64,000 bases of DNA from an uncultured Holophaga sp. (GTDB lineage Bacteria > Acidobacteriota > Holophagae > Holophagales > Holophagaceae): NCBI GenBank assembly GCA_963664825.1, contig OY761614.1, positions 2,976,001 to 3,040,000 on the forward strand, in the 5' to 3' direction. The position numbers and the translations under genes are program-made. This document shows positions 47,221 through 57,520 of this stretch, piece by piece; the first letter of the stretch is position 1; each line of letters opens with the position of its first letter. The notes beneath the pieces are model-generated. The model was not told the origin of the DNA and did not search any database. It worked only from the letters and a program-made list of their open reading frames with translations.

Positions 47221-49515
47221 TCACTCCAAACGCAGCGTATCGGCGGGCTGAGTGCGGGCGGCCATCAGGGCCGGACCGAGGCCCGCCAGGAAGCATGTGA
47301 GCCCCAGTGAGATCATGGCGAAGGCCAGCAGGCCTGGGTCGGCTGGGTTGACGCCCTGGAACTGGTGCTGAAGGAGGCGGCCCAGGATCCATGCGAACGC
47401 GGAGCCCAGGGCCATGCGGATGCCCCATTCCCGCTTCTGGCGGGCCGCGGCCTGGGCTAGGGTGCCCATGAGGCCGATGCCCGCCAGGAAGGCCGCGAGG
47501 ATTCCGGCGCCCAGGGTCTGGCGGCGCAAGGCTCGAGGCTCCTCCAATTCCCGGGCGGCCAGGGATTCCAGGCTCTGGAATTCCAACAGGCGGGCGCCTC
47601 CATCGGCCTGACGAGAGGCTTCCTGGACCGAGCGGCGCAGGGTATCCGCGGGGGCGGCGCTGCGCAGGTAGACCGTCACATAGCTGGAACCCCAAGAGGC
47701 CAGGGAGGTATAGACCGCTGGGGCCGCTTCCCGGGCCATCCGGCCCATGCGGGCGTCGCCCACCACGCCCACGACGGTCATGGGCGCTCCTTCGGCGCTG
47801 TCTTCCCTGACCAGGCGCCCCAGGGGCGAGGCCTCGCCCCAGGCCTTCCGGGCGAACTGGGCACTCACGAGGCAGACGTGCGCCTCGCCTTCTTCCAGGT
47901 TCCGTCCGGCCAGCAAGGGTATCTGAAGGACCTTGAAGTAATCGGGGCTGATGGCATGCTGTCCGGCCTGGATGAATCCCTCGGCGCCTTCCGGCCACAC
48001 ATTGCCCTCATGGCCTTGGTCCACCAGGGGCCGGGTGTTGGACATGGCCACGGCCTGGATGCCTGGCAATTGGCTCAAAGCTTGGCGCACATGGCGCTGG
48101 AAGGCCGCGCTGCGTTTTACGAAATCCTCGTTTGGGCGCATCCCCAGGCGCAGTACCGCCACCTTGAGATCCTTCAGGGAGTACCCCGGATTCACGCCCT
48201 GCAATCGCTCCAGGGCCCGAAGGCTGAGTCCCGCCCCCACCAGAAGGGCGAAGGCCAAGGCGAGTTGAAGGATGGCTAGAGTCCCACGAAGCCGGGCACT
48301 GCCCCGGGAGGCGGAAGCGGCGCCTCCCTTCCGCAGCGCTTCGTTCAGATCCAGGCGATGGCCCCAGCGCAGGGGCAAAAGCGAAGTCACCAGCAGCGAA
48401 ATCCCTAGGGCCACAGCCATGGGCACCAGCCCAGCGCCAAGCTGCACATCCGGAAGGATCTCCAGGAGCTGCAGGCCCTTTAGGAGGGGTAGAGCCAAGA
48501 GACTGCCCAGGCCCGTCAGGATGGCAACCTCCATCAGAATGGGCCCCTGAAGGCCGCCCTGGCCCGCTCCCAAAGCAGCTCGTAATCCCCATTCCCGCGT
48601 ACGGCCCAGGCTCCTGGCGAGGACCAGGTGGGCCACATTGGCGCAAGCCAGGAGGAGGATGAGCAGTCCCGCGGCCGTGGAGAGAGCCAGTTTCGGTCCC
48701 ACGCGGGCCCGCCAATAGGCCAGGAAACCCCGAGCCTTGATTCCCCAGGAACGGTCCACGGCGTGTCTCGGTGGACCCAGACGGGGCAGCATGCGATCCA
48801 CTTCGGCCTGAAGTTGGTGCACGGTGGCTCCAGCCGTTAGTCGGCCGTACACCCAGCAGCAGGGATTGTCGCGTCTCTGGATACCGTCGCCCAGATCCGT
48901 GAAGGCCAGCGGCTGGAAGGCGATGGCATCATCCATGAAAAAGGGCAGACGGCGCTGGGGGGCGAGCACGCCCACGATTTGATGAGGCTTGCCATCCAGG
49001 TTCAGGGTCTTGCCCAGGATTTGGGGATCGCTGCCGAAATGGCGCACCCAGAACCCGTGGGTCAGGATGAGGATCTTGGCAGAGCTTCCCTGGGACTCCT
49101 GGGGTTCGAAGTCCCGCCCCAGGTGAAGGGGCAGGCCCATCACCTGGAAGAATCCCGGGCTCACCCGTGCGGTGCGCACCTGCTCGGGTCCATCCTGGGA
49201 ATCCATCTGGGGACTATCGTCCCGGCAGGCGGCCAGGCCCTGCACGCTTTTGAGTTCCCGCTGGAGATCCCAGAAATCCGGGGCCGAAAGGGGGCGGAGG
49301 AATTCCGCGCCCGCGGCCCCTTCTCCCGAAAGACACACCACCCGACTGGGGTTCCGGAAATCAAAGGGCACGCCCAGCAGATCCCAGGCGGGGGCAAAGG
49401 CCCCGAGCGCCGCAGCCAGACCCACGGCCAGCGTGAGGCAGGCCGCCAGCCCATAGCCAGGAGTGCGGGAGAGAGAACGCAGCGTCTGGCGGAAAAGTGA
49501 GGACAGATTGGACAT
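47221..49515 (-). CDS. Duplicated MacB/FtsX ABC permease 4, with an apparent in-frame deletion near the C-terminus
   Basis: Same family motifs; GIRMALG is followed directly by SAFAWILG. Confidence 0.88.
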   Translation of the reverse strand: MSNLSSLFRQTLRSLSRTPGYGLAACLTLAVGLAAALGAFAPAWDLLGVPFDFRNPSRVVCLSGEGAAGAEFLRPLSAPDFWDLQRELKSVQGLAACRDDSPQMDSQDGPEQVRTARVSPGFFQVMGLPLHLGRDFEPQESQGSSAKILILTHGFWVRHFGSDPQILGKTLNLDGKPHQIVGVLAPQRRLPFFMDDAIAFQPLAFTDLGDGIQRRDNPCCWVYGRLTAGATVHQLQAEVDRMLPRLGPPRHAVDRSWGIKARGFLAYWRARVGPKLALSTAAGLLILLLACANVAHLVLARSLGRTREWGLRAALGAGQGGLQGPILMEVAILTGLGSLLALPLLKGLQLLEILPDVQLGAGLVPMAVALGISLLVTSLLPLRWGHRLDLNEALRKGGAASASRGSARLRGTLAILQLALAFALLVGAGLSLRALERLQGVNPGYSLKDLKVAVLRLGMRPNEDFVKRSAAFQRHVRQALSQLPGIQAVAMSNTRPLVDQGHEGNVWPEGAEGFIQAGQHAISPDYFKVLQIPLLAGRNLEEGEAHVCLVSAQFARKAWGEASPLGRLVREDSAEGAPMTVVGVVGDARMGRMAREAAPAVYTSLASWGSSYVTVYLRSAAPADTLRRSVQEASRQADGGARLLEFQSLESLAARELEEPRALRRQTLGAGILAAFLAGIGLMGTLAQAAARQKREWGIRMALGSAFAWILGRLLQHQFQGVNPADPGLLAFAMISLGLTCFLAGLGPALMAARTQPADTLRLE

Positions 49516-49525
49516 CAGAGGCCTT

Positions 49526-51925
49526 TCACTCGCTTCGCAGCGTATCGGCGGGGTTTGTGCGGGCGGCCCGCAGGGCTGGGATGAGGCAGGCCAGGAGGCC
49601 TGCGGCGGTGAGGGCTCCGGCGGCGCTGAGAAGATCGAGGCTTGAAAGGGTGGGCAGGCCGGCCCAGTGGGAAGCCGTTAGGCGGATCAGGAGCCAGATG
49701 ACGAAGGCCCCCGTCACCAGGCCAAGAGCCAACAGGCGCGCGCCAAGCCCTAGGATGCGTGTGGCCAGCTGGCGGGCCGTGGCGCCCAGGGCCATGCGGA
49801 TGGCCAGTTCCCGGCCCTTCAGTGCGACCTGGAGGTTCAGGGCGGCCCAGAGTCCGAAGCAGGCCAGCATCAGGGAACCCAGGCCCAGGCTGCCCAACAG
49901 GCGCATATTCTGGTGTTCGTGATGCAGGGTGGCGGCCATGTGGTCCTCCAGGGTGATCACCTTGTCGGGCTGGAGGGTGGGGGCCTCCTGGCGGAGGGCC
50001 TCCCGGAGCCGCGCCGCCACCTGCTGGCTGCTGCCGGGGCCCGAGGCCAGGATCCAGAATTGGCCTGTCGGGATATCGTTTAGGTAGACATCCGAGAGCC
50101 AGATCATGGGCAGGTGGAAGTCGGGATCCGGGCGCATGCGGTGATCGGCCACCACGCCGATGACGTCGTAGGAATTTTCGCTGCCATTGGTCACGCTTCG
50201 CCCCACGGCGGAGCCGTCCGGGAAGAAACGCCTAGCCAAGCTTTCGTTGAGGATGACCTGCCCGTGCCCGTCGCCGTCACGGAATTCCCGTCCCCGGATG
50301 ACATTGACGCCCAGTGTCTTGAACCAGTCCTGTCCCACGAGACAGGCCGGTAGGAAGAGCGTTTCTAGCCTCTCCCCGCCTCTCAGGCTGAAGGTGGCGC
50401 GCCCGCTGGCATCCAGAGGCGCCACGATGCTGCGGGCAGCGGCCGTGATGCCCGGCATGGCCCGCAGACGGGCCAGCACGCGCAGTCCCAGGGCCCTGTC
50501 TGCTCCGGCGTCGGCAGATAGAAGGGCCCTGTGAGCCGCAGGGTAGCCTGTCTTGGCGGCCCGGCGGAAGGCGCCTAGGGCCATGCTGGAGGCCACCAGC
50601 AGCGCGAGGGAGAGGGCCACCTGGGCCGCGACGAAGAGGCCGCTTCCCTGGCGGGTATTGCCCCGACCGCCCTGTCCCGCCAGGACACGGTTCAGATCCA
50701 TGCGCCGCACCTTCAGGAGAGGGATCAGGGCCGCGATGAAGAGGGCCGCTAGGCTCAGTCCCACCCCGAAGGCGAGGAGGCGCCCGTCCAGTGTCGGCAT
50801 CACAAGCGCCTGGGAGGCGCTTTCCCCGGGCCTGAGCATGAAGCGTCGCGCCAGGAATAGGCCGGAGGCAAGGGCCACGGGGGCTGCCAGCAGGGCCAGC
50901 AGCAGGGCCTCCAGGGCCTGGGTTCGGAACAGCGTTCCCTGACTTGCGCCCAGGGCGCAGCGGGTGGCCAGTTCCCGTTCCTGACGGGCGGCTCTTGCCG
51001 CGAAGAGCCCCGAGGCGCCCACCACAGCCAGGAAGAGAGCAAGCCCGGAGGCCACCAGCAGAAGGGAGCGCTGGGGGAGCACCTGATCCAGCAGGGTCTG
51101 TTCCCCCTGGCCGGGATCCACGGCCACATAGCGCCGCCCCGAATTGGAATCGGGGTGGGCCTGGGCATGGATGGCGCTGAGGCTCTCGAGGGTCGCCTGG
51201 GTCTCGGCCAGGCTCAATCCGGGCCTCATCCGTCCCAGGAGCTGGAAGGCCGGGATCTCCCGGCTGGTGAAGAAACCTGGAGGCAGCGTGGCTCCGAGTT
51301 TCGAGATGGCCTGGAGGGGCATCCAGCAATCCTCCCGCCGCCCCAGTTCCAGCCCCTCGAAGCCCGCAGGACCGACGCCCACCACCGTGACGGGCTGGCC
51401 CTGGCTGCCAAAGGCGAAGGCACGCCCCAGGACGGTGGGATCCCCGTGAAGGACTGTCTTCCATAGGCGGTGGCTCAGGATCATCACGAGCCCTCCAGAG
51501 GCTTCCTCACCAGCCGTGAATCCCCGGCCCAGGCTCATGCGCAGCCCCAAGAGGGATTGCCACCCCTCGCCCACCATGGGCACCCGGATCGGCACCTTCC
51601 GATCGCCCACGGGCAGGGTGGAATCGGAATCCATCACGATGGGCACGAGCTGCGCGAAGGGGGAGACGGAGGCCTTCAGGTCCTCCACCTGGGGCATGGA
51701 GAGGTTTTCCAGGCCCCGCTCGCCCTTCTTCTCGAGGCGCAGCGTGACCAGTTCGCTGCGGGCGGCCACGGGCAGGGGACGGAAGAGCACGGCCTGGAGG
51801 ATGGCGTGGAGGGCCACGTTGGCCCCCAGGCCCAGGCCCAGCACGATGACGATGGGCAAGGTGAAGCCGGGCGAACGCAGCAGCGAACGCAGGGCCTGCC
51901 GGAGCTCAAGGAGGAGATTGGACAT
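49526..51925 (-). CDS. Duplicated MacB/FtsX ABC permease 3
   Basis: LGLGLGANVAL, ELAIRMALGA, IPALRAARTNP. Confidence 0.9.
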   Translation of the reverse strand: MSNLLLELRQALRSLLRSPGFTLPIVIVLGLGLGANVALHAILQAVLFRPLPVAARSELVTLRLEKKGERGLENLSMPQVEDLKASVSPFAQLVPIVMDSDSTLPVGDRKVPIRVPMVGEGWQSLLGLRMSLGRGFTAGEEASGGLVMILSHRLWKTVLHGDPTVLGRAFAFGSQGQPVTVVGVGPAGFEGLELGRREDCWMPLQAISKLGATLPPGFFTSREIPAFQLLGRMRPGLSLAETQATLESLSAIHAQAHPDSNSGRRYVAVDPGQGEQTLLDQVLPQRSLLLVASGLALFLAVVGASGLFAARAARQERELATRCALGASQGTLFRTQALEALLLALLAAPVALASGLFLARRFMLRPGESASQALVMPTLDGRLLAFGVGLSLAALFIAALIPLLKVRRMDLNRVLAGQGGRGNTRQGSGLFVAAQVALSLALLVASSMALGAFRRAAKTGYPAAHRALLSADAGADRALGLRVLARLRAMPGITAAARSIVAPLDASGRATFSLRGGERLETLFLPACLVGQDWFKTLGVNVIRGREFRDGDGHGQVILNESLARRFFPDGSAVGRSVTNGSENSYDVIGVVADHRMRPDPDFHLPMIWLSDVYLNDIPTGQFWILASGPGSSQQVAARLREALRQEAPTLQPDKVITLEDHMAATLHHEHQNMRLLGSLGLGSLMLACFGLWAALNLQVALKGRELAIRMALGATARQLATRILGLGARLLALGLVTGAFVIWLLIRLTASHWAGLPTLSSLDLLSAAGALTAAGLLACLIPALRAARTNPADTLRSE

Positions 51926-51935
51926 CAGAGGCCTT

Positions 51936-54296
51936 TCACTCGTTTCGCAGCGTATCGGAGGGGTTTGTGCGCGCCGCCCGCAGGGCGGGGATCAGGCAGG
52001 CCAGGAGGCCCGCAGCGGTGAGGGCTCCGGCGGCGCTGAGAAGATCGAGGCTTGAAAGGGTGGGCAGACCGGCCCAATGGGAAGCCGCCAGGCGGGTCAG
52101 GAGCCAGATGACGAAAGCTCCCGTCACCAGGCCAAGAGCCAGCAGGCGCGCGCCAAGCCCTAGGATGCGTGTGGCCAGCTGGCGGGCCGTGGCGCCCAGG
52201 GCCATGCGGATGGCCAGTTCCCGGCCCTTCAGTGCCACCTGGAGATTCAGGGCGGCCCAGAGCCCGAAGCAGGCCAGCATCAGGGAACCCAGCCCCAGGC
52301 TGCCCAGCAGGCGCATATTCTGGTTCTCCTGATGCAGAGTGGCGGCTACGTGGTCCTCGAGGGTGATGAGTTTCTCGGGCTCGGTGCCGGTTTTCTCCAG
52401 GGAAAAGGCTTCCCGCATGCGCTCCAATATGGCGCGGGCGCTGCCTCGACCGGTGACCATCACGCAGGACGTGTTCATTTTTAGCCAATCCTGGGTGAGC
52501 CAAAGCATGGGCAGATGGAATTCTGCGTCCGGTCGCATGCGGTGATCAGCCACCACGCCCACGATGTCCAGGTGAGCATTCGAGCCGAGTTCAATGGTGC
52601 GGCCCACGGCGGAAGCATTGGGGAAGAAACGTCTGGCCAGATTCTCGTTGAGGATGACCTTGTCTTGTCCATCCTGATTGGTGAAATCCCGGCCTTCTAG
52701 AACGCTCACGCCCAGGGTGCTGAACCAATCTCCCGCCACCACGGCGCCCGGGAAAACCTCCATTTCCGTGCGTTCTCCACCCCGAATCCCGAATCTGAAA
52801 ATGAAGTTGGCCAAGGGTGCAGCGATGCCCCGGGTGGCTTTGGTGACTTCAGGCATGGCGCGCAATCGCGCCAGAAGCCGATCGGGAAGCCCTGGGTCAT
52901 TGGTGGTGTCCACGACCATGAAGGCGCGATGGGCGGTGGGATAGCCCATATGGGCTGCGCTGCGGAAGGCGTGCAAGGCCACGCTGGAAGCCACTAGGAG
53001 AATGAGTGAGAGCCCTACTTGGCCCATGACGAAGAACCCGCCGCCTTTCAGAAGCGTTGCTCCCCCACCCTTCAAGGCGAGGGCCCGGGCTGGATTCATG
53101 CGGCGCACCTTGAGGAGGGGAATCGCGGCGGCCAGCAGCAGGGCCACCAGGCTCAAACCCAGCCCCAGCGCCAGGATTCGTCCATCCAATTGGGGCAAAA
53201 TAATGGCGTCTTTTGCGGTCTGACCTGGATTCAACATGAAGTGCCGCGCCACCCAAAGCCCTGATCCAAGGGCCACGGGAGCGGTCAGGAGCGCCAGCAG
53301 GAGGGCTTCCAGGAGCAGAGGCTTGGCCAAGGCGCTTCCATCCGCGCCAAGGGCGTACCGGGTGACGAGCTCTTGCTCTCGTTTGGCCGCCCGGGCCGCA
53401 AATATCCCTGAGGTGCCCACGACCGCCAGCAGCAAGGCGAGGCCGGAAGTGATGAGCAGCAGCGTACGCTGCGGCAGGACACGCTTCAGCAGTTTCTGTT
53501 CGCTGGCTTCCAGGCTTTCCAAGACGAGATGCTGCCCCGAATCCGTATCTGGATGTGCCATGGCCATGGCGGCACTGGCCGTCTCTAGCGCGACCTGGGC
53601 CTGAAAACGGCTGACTCCGGGTTTCAATCGGGCCGCCACCGAGAAGGCCAGACTCTCGCGTCTAGAGAAGTAGCCTTGCGAGATCTTCGCGCCCTGCAAG
53701 GGAATCCAGAGATCCTCGCGCCTGCCGAGTTCCAGCCCCTCGAACCCCGCGGGACCGATGCCTACCACGGTGACGGGGATAGGCGATTCCCCCGTGAGCA
53801 CCGTGCGACCAAGGATGGCGGGATCGCCCTGGAAGGCGGTGCGCCAGAGGCGATGACTCAACACGGCTACGGGCGCTCCTGTGGCCTCTTCCTCCGAAGT
53901 GAAGGTCCGTCCATGGCTTGGCTTCATGCCTAATACCTGGAACCAGCCTCGACCGACCATGGACATGGCGACAGGCCATTTCCGATCCGCCAGCTGGAGT
54001 GTCGTGCTCGATTCACAGAGGGATTCGGCCATGTTCGTGAAGGGGCATGGGCAGGCTTTCAGTTCCTCGAAACGGGCATGCGAGACCCCCCACTTCAGCG
54101 GATCGCCCTTGAGCTGCGTCTTGATAATCGTGAGACGTTCACGCTCTGCCACTGGCAGCGGGCGCAGGAACACGGTCTGGAGGATGGAATAGAGGGCCAC
54201 GTTGGCCCCCAGGCCCAGGCCCAGCACGATGACGATGGGGAGGGTGAAACTGGGCGCGCGCAGGAGGGAACGCAAAGCAAGACGAAGATCGCGCAT
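51936..54296 (-). CDS. Duplicated MacB/FtsX ABC permease 2
   Basis: Close paralog of permease 3. Confidence 0.9.
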   Translation of the reverse strand: MRDLRLALRSLLRAPSFTLPIVIVLGLGLGANVALYSILQTVFLRPLPVAERERLTIIKTQLKGDPLKWGVSHARFEELKACPCPFTNMAESLCESSTTLQLADRKWPVAMSMVGRGWFQVLGMKPSHGRTFTSEEEATGAPVAVLSHRLWRTAFQGDPAILGRTVLTGESPIPVTVVGIGPAGFEGLELGRREDLWIPLQGAKISQGYFSRRESLAFSVAARLKPGVSRFQAQVALETASAAMAMAHPDTDSGQHLVLESLEASEQKLLKRVLPQRTLLLITSGLALLLAVVGTSGIFAARAAKREQELVTRYALGADGSALAKPLLLEALLLALLTAPVALGSGLWVARHFMLNPGQTAKDAIILPQLDGRILALGLGLSLVALLLAAAIPLLKVRRMNPARALALKGGGATLLKGGGFFVMGQVGLSLILLVASSVALHAFRSAAHMGYPTAHRAFMVVDTTNDPGLPDRLLARLRAMPEVTKATRGIAAPLANFIFRFGIRGGERTEMEVFPGAVVAGDWFSTLGVSVLEGRDFTNQDGQDKVILNENLARRFFPNASAVGRTIELGSNAHLDIVGVVADHRMRPDAEFHLPMLWLTQDWLKMNTSCVMVTGRGSARAILERMREAFSLEKTGTEPEKLITLEDHVAATLHQENQNMRLLGSLGLGSLMLACFGLWAALNLQVALKGRELAIRMALGATARQLATRILGLGARLLALGLVTGAFVIWLLTRLAASHWAGLPTLSSLDLLSAAGALTAAGLLACLIPALRAARTNPSDTLRNE

Positions 54297-54299
54297 GGA

Positions 54300-56663
54300 C
54301 TACTCCGAGCGAAGGGCCCGAGCCGGGCTCATGCGGGCGGCCCGCAGGGCGGGAAAGAGCGTGGCCAGGGCTGCCGCAGTGGAAAGCAGCAGGCAGGCAT
54401 AGAGGAGCACGGGCATGTCCAGGGGCGCAAAGCCATCGCTCTGGTGGACCAGTACGCGGGAGGTGACCATGGCCAGGAGGCTGCCCATCCCGAGGCCGGG
54501 AACCAGAGGGAGCAGGGAACCCTTAGCCAGCAAGGTCAGGACGGTGCCGGGACCTGCACCCATGGCCACGCGGATGCCCAGCTCTCGTTGGCGGCTCTCG
54601 GCCAGATGAGCGGAGATGCCGTAGAGGCCGCAAAGGCTCAGAAACAGCGCAACGGCGCCCATGATGGCACTGAGGAAGAAGAGCTGGCGGGGCTGAGATA
54701 GCTTTTCACTGCGCAGTTCCTCCAGGCTGTTCAGGGTGAATGGGATGTCCCTCAGCTCGGCGCGGGCAGCGTTCCGGATGGCGGCCTTGACAGCGCTGGG
54801 CGAGCCCTGGGCGTGGATGGTGAAATTGATGAGAGGGGCCTGGAACGGGTCCAGGCGGGAGGTAGCCGCGAAGACATAGGGTTCGGGCTGGTCCGTGGGC
54901 CCCTCAAAGCGGGTGCTCTTCAAGACGCCTGCCACTTCCACATTTTTGAAAACAAACTGGAAGGTTTTCCCAAGGGCAGATTCGCCTGGCCAGCGCTGTT
55001 GCGCGTATTCGGCACTGACGAGCACCCTGGGCTGATCCTCGTCCCCTGCTTCCAGGAAGCGTCCCTCCTGCAACTTCATCCCCAGGAGGGAGGGCAGATT
55101 GTAGTTGGCGGCGAGCAGAAAGGTATGGGGACCTCCCATTTGCCCAGCAATGGCGGCGCTGAAGCCCTTGATGGGCCGCCCCTGGTTCATGGCGATTGCC
55201 TGGACGCCGGGGATCTGGCGCAGCCTTTCCTGCAAAACAGGCAGCGTGGGCAGCAGTTCCGCGTCCTTGCGTCCCACCTTGCCGGGTTCGCATTCCAACA
55301 GGTAGCGGTCCCGGATCTCCAGGCCCAAGGGGATGTCCAGCTGGCGGCGCAGGTCCTTCAGGCAGAGGCTGGCCGAACAGAGCAGCACCAGGGCCAGGGC
55401 CGCCTGGGTGGCCACCAGCAGTCCCCTCAGCCTCCAGCCTCCCGTGAGAGTGCGGCCTTCCTTCAGGGGGCTGCCCAGATCCATGCGCCGAGCCTGGAGG
55501 TAGACAAAGCAGGCCAGCAGTGCCCCTAGGAGCATGGCCAACAGGAGCGTCGCAAGGCCCGTCCAGAGGCCGAAGGTGACGTGCATCTTGGGGGGATAGG
55601 GCAGCAGGGCCTGGATGGCCTCCAGCATCGGCGCCGACAGGATGGCCAGGAGAATGGCAGCTCCACCCGCCAGGAGGCTGAGCAGCAGATTTTCCAGAAG
55701 GATCATCCGGAAGAGCTGACCGGGCCTTGCTCCCAGGGCCGTGCGCAGGGCCAATTCATGGCGACGGCGTTGAAGCCGGGCGGTCTGGAGGGAGAGCACA
55801 TTGGCCAGGCCGATGGCGAGGATCAACAATGCCGCCCCGTGCAGTCCCGCCAGGCCCCGGCTCAGTTTCCGGTGGATGTTCCCGGGCAGGGGGTGATAGG
55901 CATGGAGTTCTAGATGGAAATCCTTCCCCCAATCCAGGCTCCTAAGAGCGGCCTTAGCCTGGGCCAGAGAAGTTCCCGGGCGCAGACGTGCCAGCACCGT
56001 GCCCATACTTCGAAAGGGCATCGTGGGAGGAACAATCTGGTCCTGGCAGGGTAGGAAAAGCTCCGCGTTTTCGCTCAAGGAGTGGCCTTCGAAGCCAGGA
56101 GGCAGAATCCCTACCACGGAATATTCTTTGCCATCCACTTTCACCAAGGTGCCAAGCACATCCCTTCGGCTATCCAAGTTTGCCTTCCAGAAATGGTGGC
56201 TCAGGATCGCCACTTTCTCCGTGGATCCAGCCCCTGTCTCATTCGGCAGGAAGTCCCGGCCCAGATAGGGCTGAATGCCCAGGAGGGGCAGATACTCGTG
56301 GGTGATCTGCATGACCTGAACAGGCTCTAGCCTATCCCTACCATTCCAGGTTTTTGTGCGCGGGACACTGGCCAGGGCCGTTTCGGCGAAGGCGGGCAGA
56401 TGGCGCAGCGCATCATAGGCCGAGGTACTGCCACTTTCCCCCCCCTCAGGTTTTGAAGCATGATTGGACAGATCCATCACCTCCAGCAGCGTCCCCGGTT
56501 CCATCACCGGCGCAGGGCGCAGCAGGAAGGTTCTGGAGAGCACCAGCAGCGCGCCGTTTAGTCCCAGTCCCAACGCTAGGGCCAGCACGCTGAAGAATGT
56601 GAAGGCCCGGTCTCGGGTCAGGGATCGTAAGGATTGAATGAGTTCGCGAAGCAGCGTGAGCAC
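54300..56663 (-). CDS. Duplicated MacB/FtsX ABC permease 1
   Basis: LALGLGLNG, ELALRTALGA, ELGIRVAMGA, PALRAAR. Confidence 0.9.
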   Translation of the reverse strand: MLTLLRELIQSLRSLTRDRAFTFFSVLALALGLGLNGALLVLSRTFLLRPAPVMEPGTLLEVMDLSNHASKPEGGESGSTSAYDALRHLPAFAETALASVPRTKTWNGRDRLEPVQVMQITHEYLPLLGIQPYLGRDFLPNETGAGSTEKVAILSHHFWKANLDSRRDVLGTLVKVDGKEYSVVGILPPGFEGHSLSENAELFLPCQDQIVPPTMPFRSMGTVLARLRPGTSLAQAKAALRSLDWGKDFHLELHAYHPLPGNIHRKLSRGLAGLHGAALLILAIGLANVLSLQTARLQRRRHELALRTALGARPGQLFRMILLENLLLSLLAGGAAILLAILSAPMLEAIQALLPYPPKMHVTFGLWTGLATLLLAMLLGALLACFVYLQARRMDLGSPLKEGRTLTGGWRLRGLLVATQAALALVLLCSASLCLKDLRRQLDIPLGLEIRDRYLLECEPGKVGRKDAELLPTLPVLQERLRQIPGVQAIAMNQGRPIKGFSAAIAGQMGGPHTFLLAANYNLPSLLGMKLQEGRFLEAGDEDQPRVLVSAEYAQQRWPGESALGKTFQFVFKNVEVAGVLKSTRFEGPTDQPEPYVFAATSRLDPFQAPLINFTIHAQGSPSAVKAAIRNAARAELRDIPFTLNSLEELRSEKLSQPRQLFFLSAIMGAVALFLSLCGLYGISAHLAESRQRELGIRVAMGAGPGTVLTLLAKGSLLPLVPGLGMGSLLAMVTSRVLVHQSDGFAPLDMPVLLYACLLLSTAAALATLFPALRAARMSPARALRSE

Positions 56664-56767
56664 AAAGACCTTTCCATACGGCGGTTTTCACCGCCGTTCT
56701 GCACGGGCAAAAAGGCAATTCAAGCCGGTGATGGACACCGATGAAAGGTGATAAGGACAATCCAGAA

Positions 56768-57472
56768 TCACAGCACGTGTTTTTTCGCGGCCTCTTCTTC
56801 CGAAACGATGCGCCCGTCGAAGAGATGCACGGTGCGGTCGGCGACACCGGCGAAGCGCGTATCGTGGGTCACCATGCAGATGGTGGAACCGCGATGATGC
56901 AGGTCCTTCAGCAGTTCCATCACGGCCTCGCCATTGGTGGAATCCAGGTTGCCCGTGGGCTCGTCGGCCAGCAGGATGGAAGGCCTTCCCGCCAGGGCCC
57001 GGGCCACGGCCACGCGCTGTTGCTGGCCGCCCGAGAGCTGGCTGGGCAGGTGCTTGGCTCGATGGCCCATACCCACCTCCTCCAGGCAGGAGAGCGCCCT
57101 CGCCCGCCGCTCACCCGTGGACATGCCGCGATAGACCAATGGGAGTTCCACGTTTTCGAAGACCGTCAGATCGCCGATGAGATTGAAGCTCTGGAAGATG
57201 AATCCGATCTCCCTGTTGCGGATGCGAGCCCGCTCCGAGAGCCTCAGGCCTGAGGCGGCCTTGTTGTTGAGGGTGTAGGTCCCGGAGGTGGGCGTGTCCA
57301 AAAGCCCGAGAATCGAGAGCAGTGTGGACTTCCCGCAGCCCGAGGGACCGGCGATGGAGACGAATTCCCCCTCCTGGATATCCAGGTGGATGCCGGAGAG
57401 GGCGTGGGTCTCCACCTCGTCGGTGGTGAAGACCTTCTTGATGCTTTCGAGTCGGATGAGGGATTTGGTCAT
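56768..57472 (-). CDS. ABC transporter ATP-binding protein (LolD/MacB type)
   Basis: [31 protein letters not shown]. Confidence 0.96.
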   Translation of the reverse strand: MTKSLIRLESIKKVFTTDEVETHALSGIHLDIQEGEFVSIAGPSGCGKSTLLSILGLLDTPTSGTYTLNNKAASGLRLSERARIRNREIGFIFQSFNLIGDLTVFENVELPLVYRGMSTGERRARALSCLEEVGMGHRAKHLPSQLSGGQQQRVAVARALAGRPSILLADEPTGNLDSTNGEAVMELLKDLHHRGSTICMVTHDTRFAGVADRTVHLFDGRIVSEEEAAKKHVL

Positions 57473-57520
57473 GGGAACTCCTTGTGTGGGTAGGGACTAA
57501 TTCGAGTAGCGGCGCCTTTC

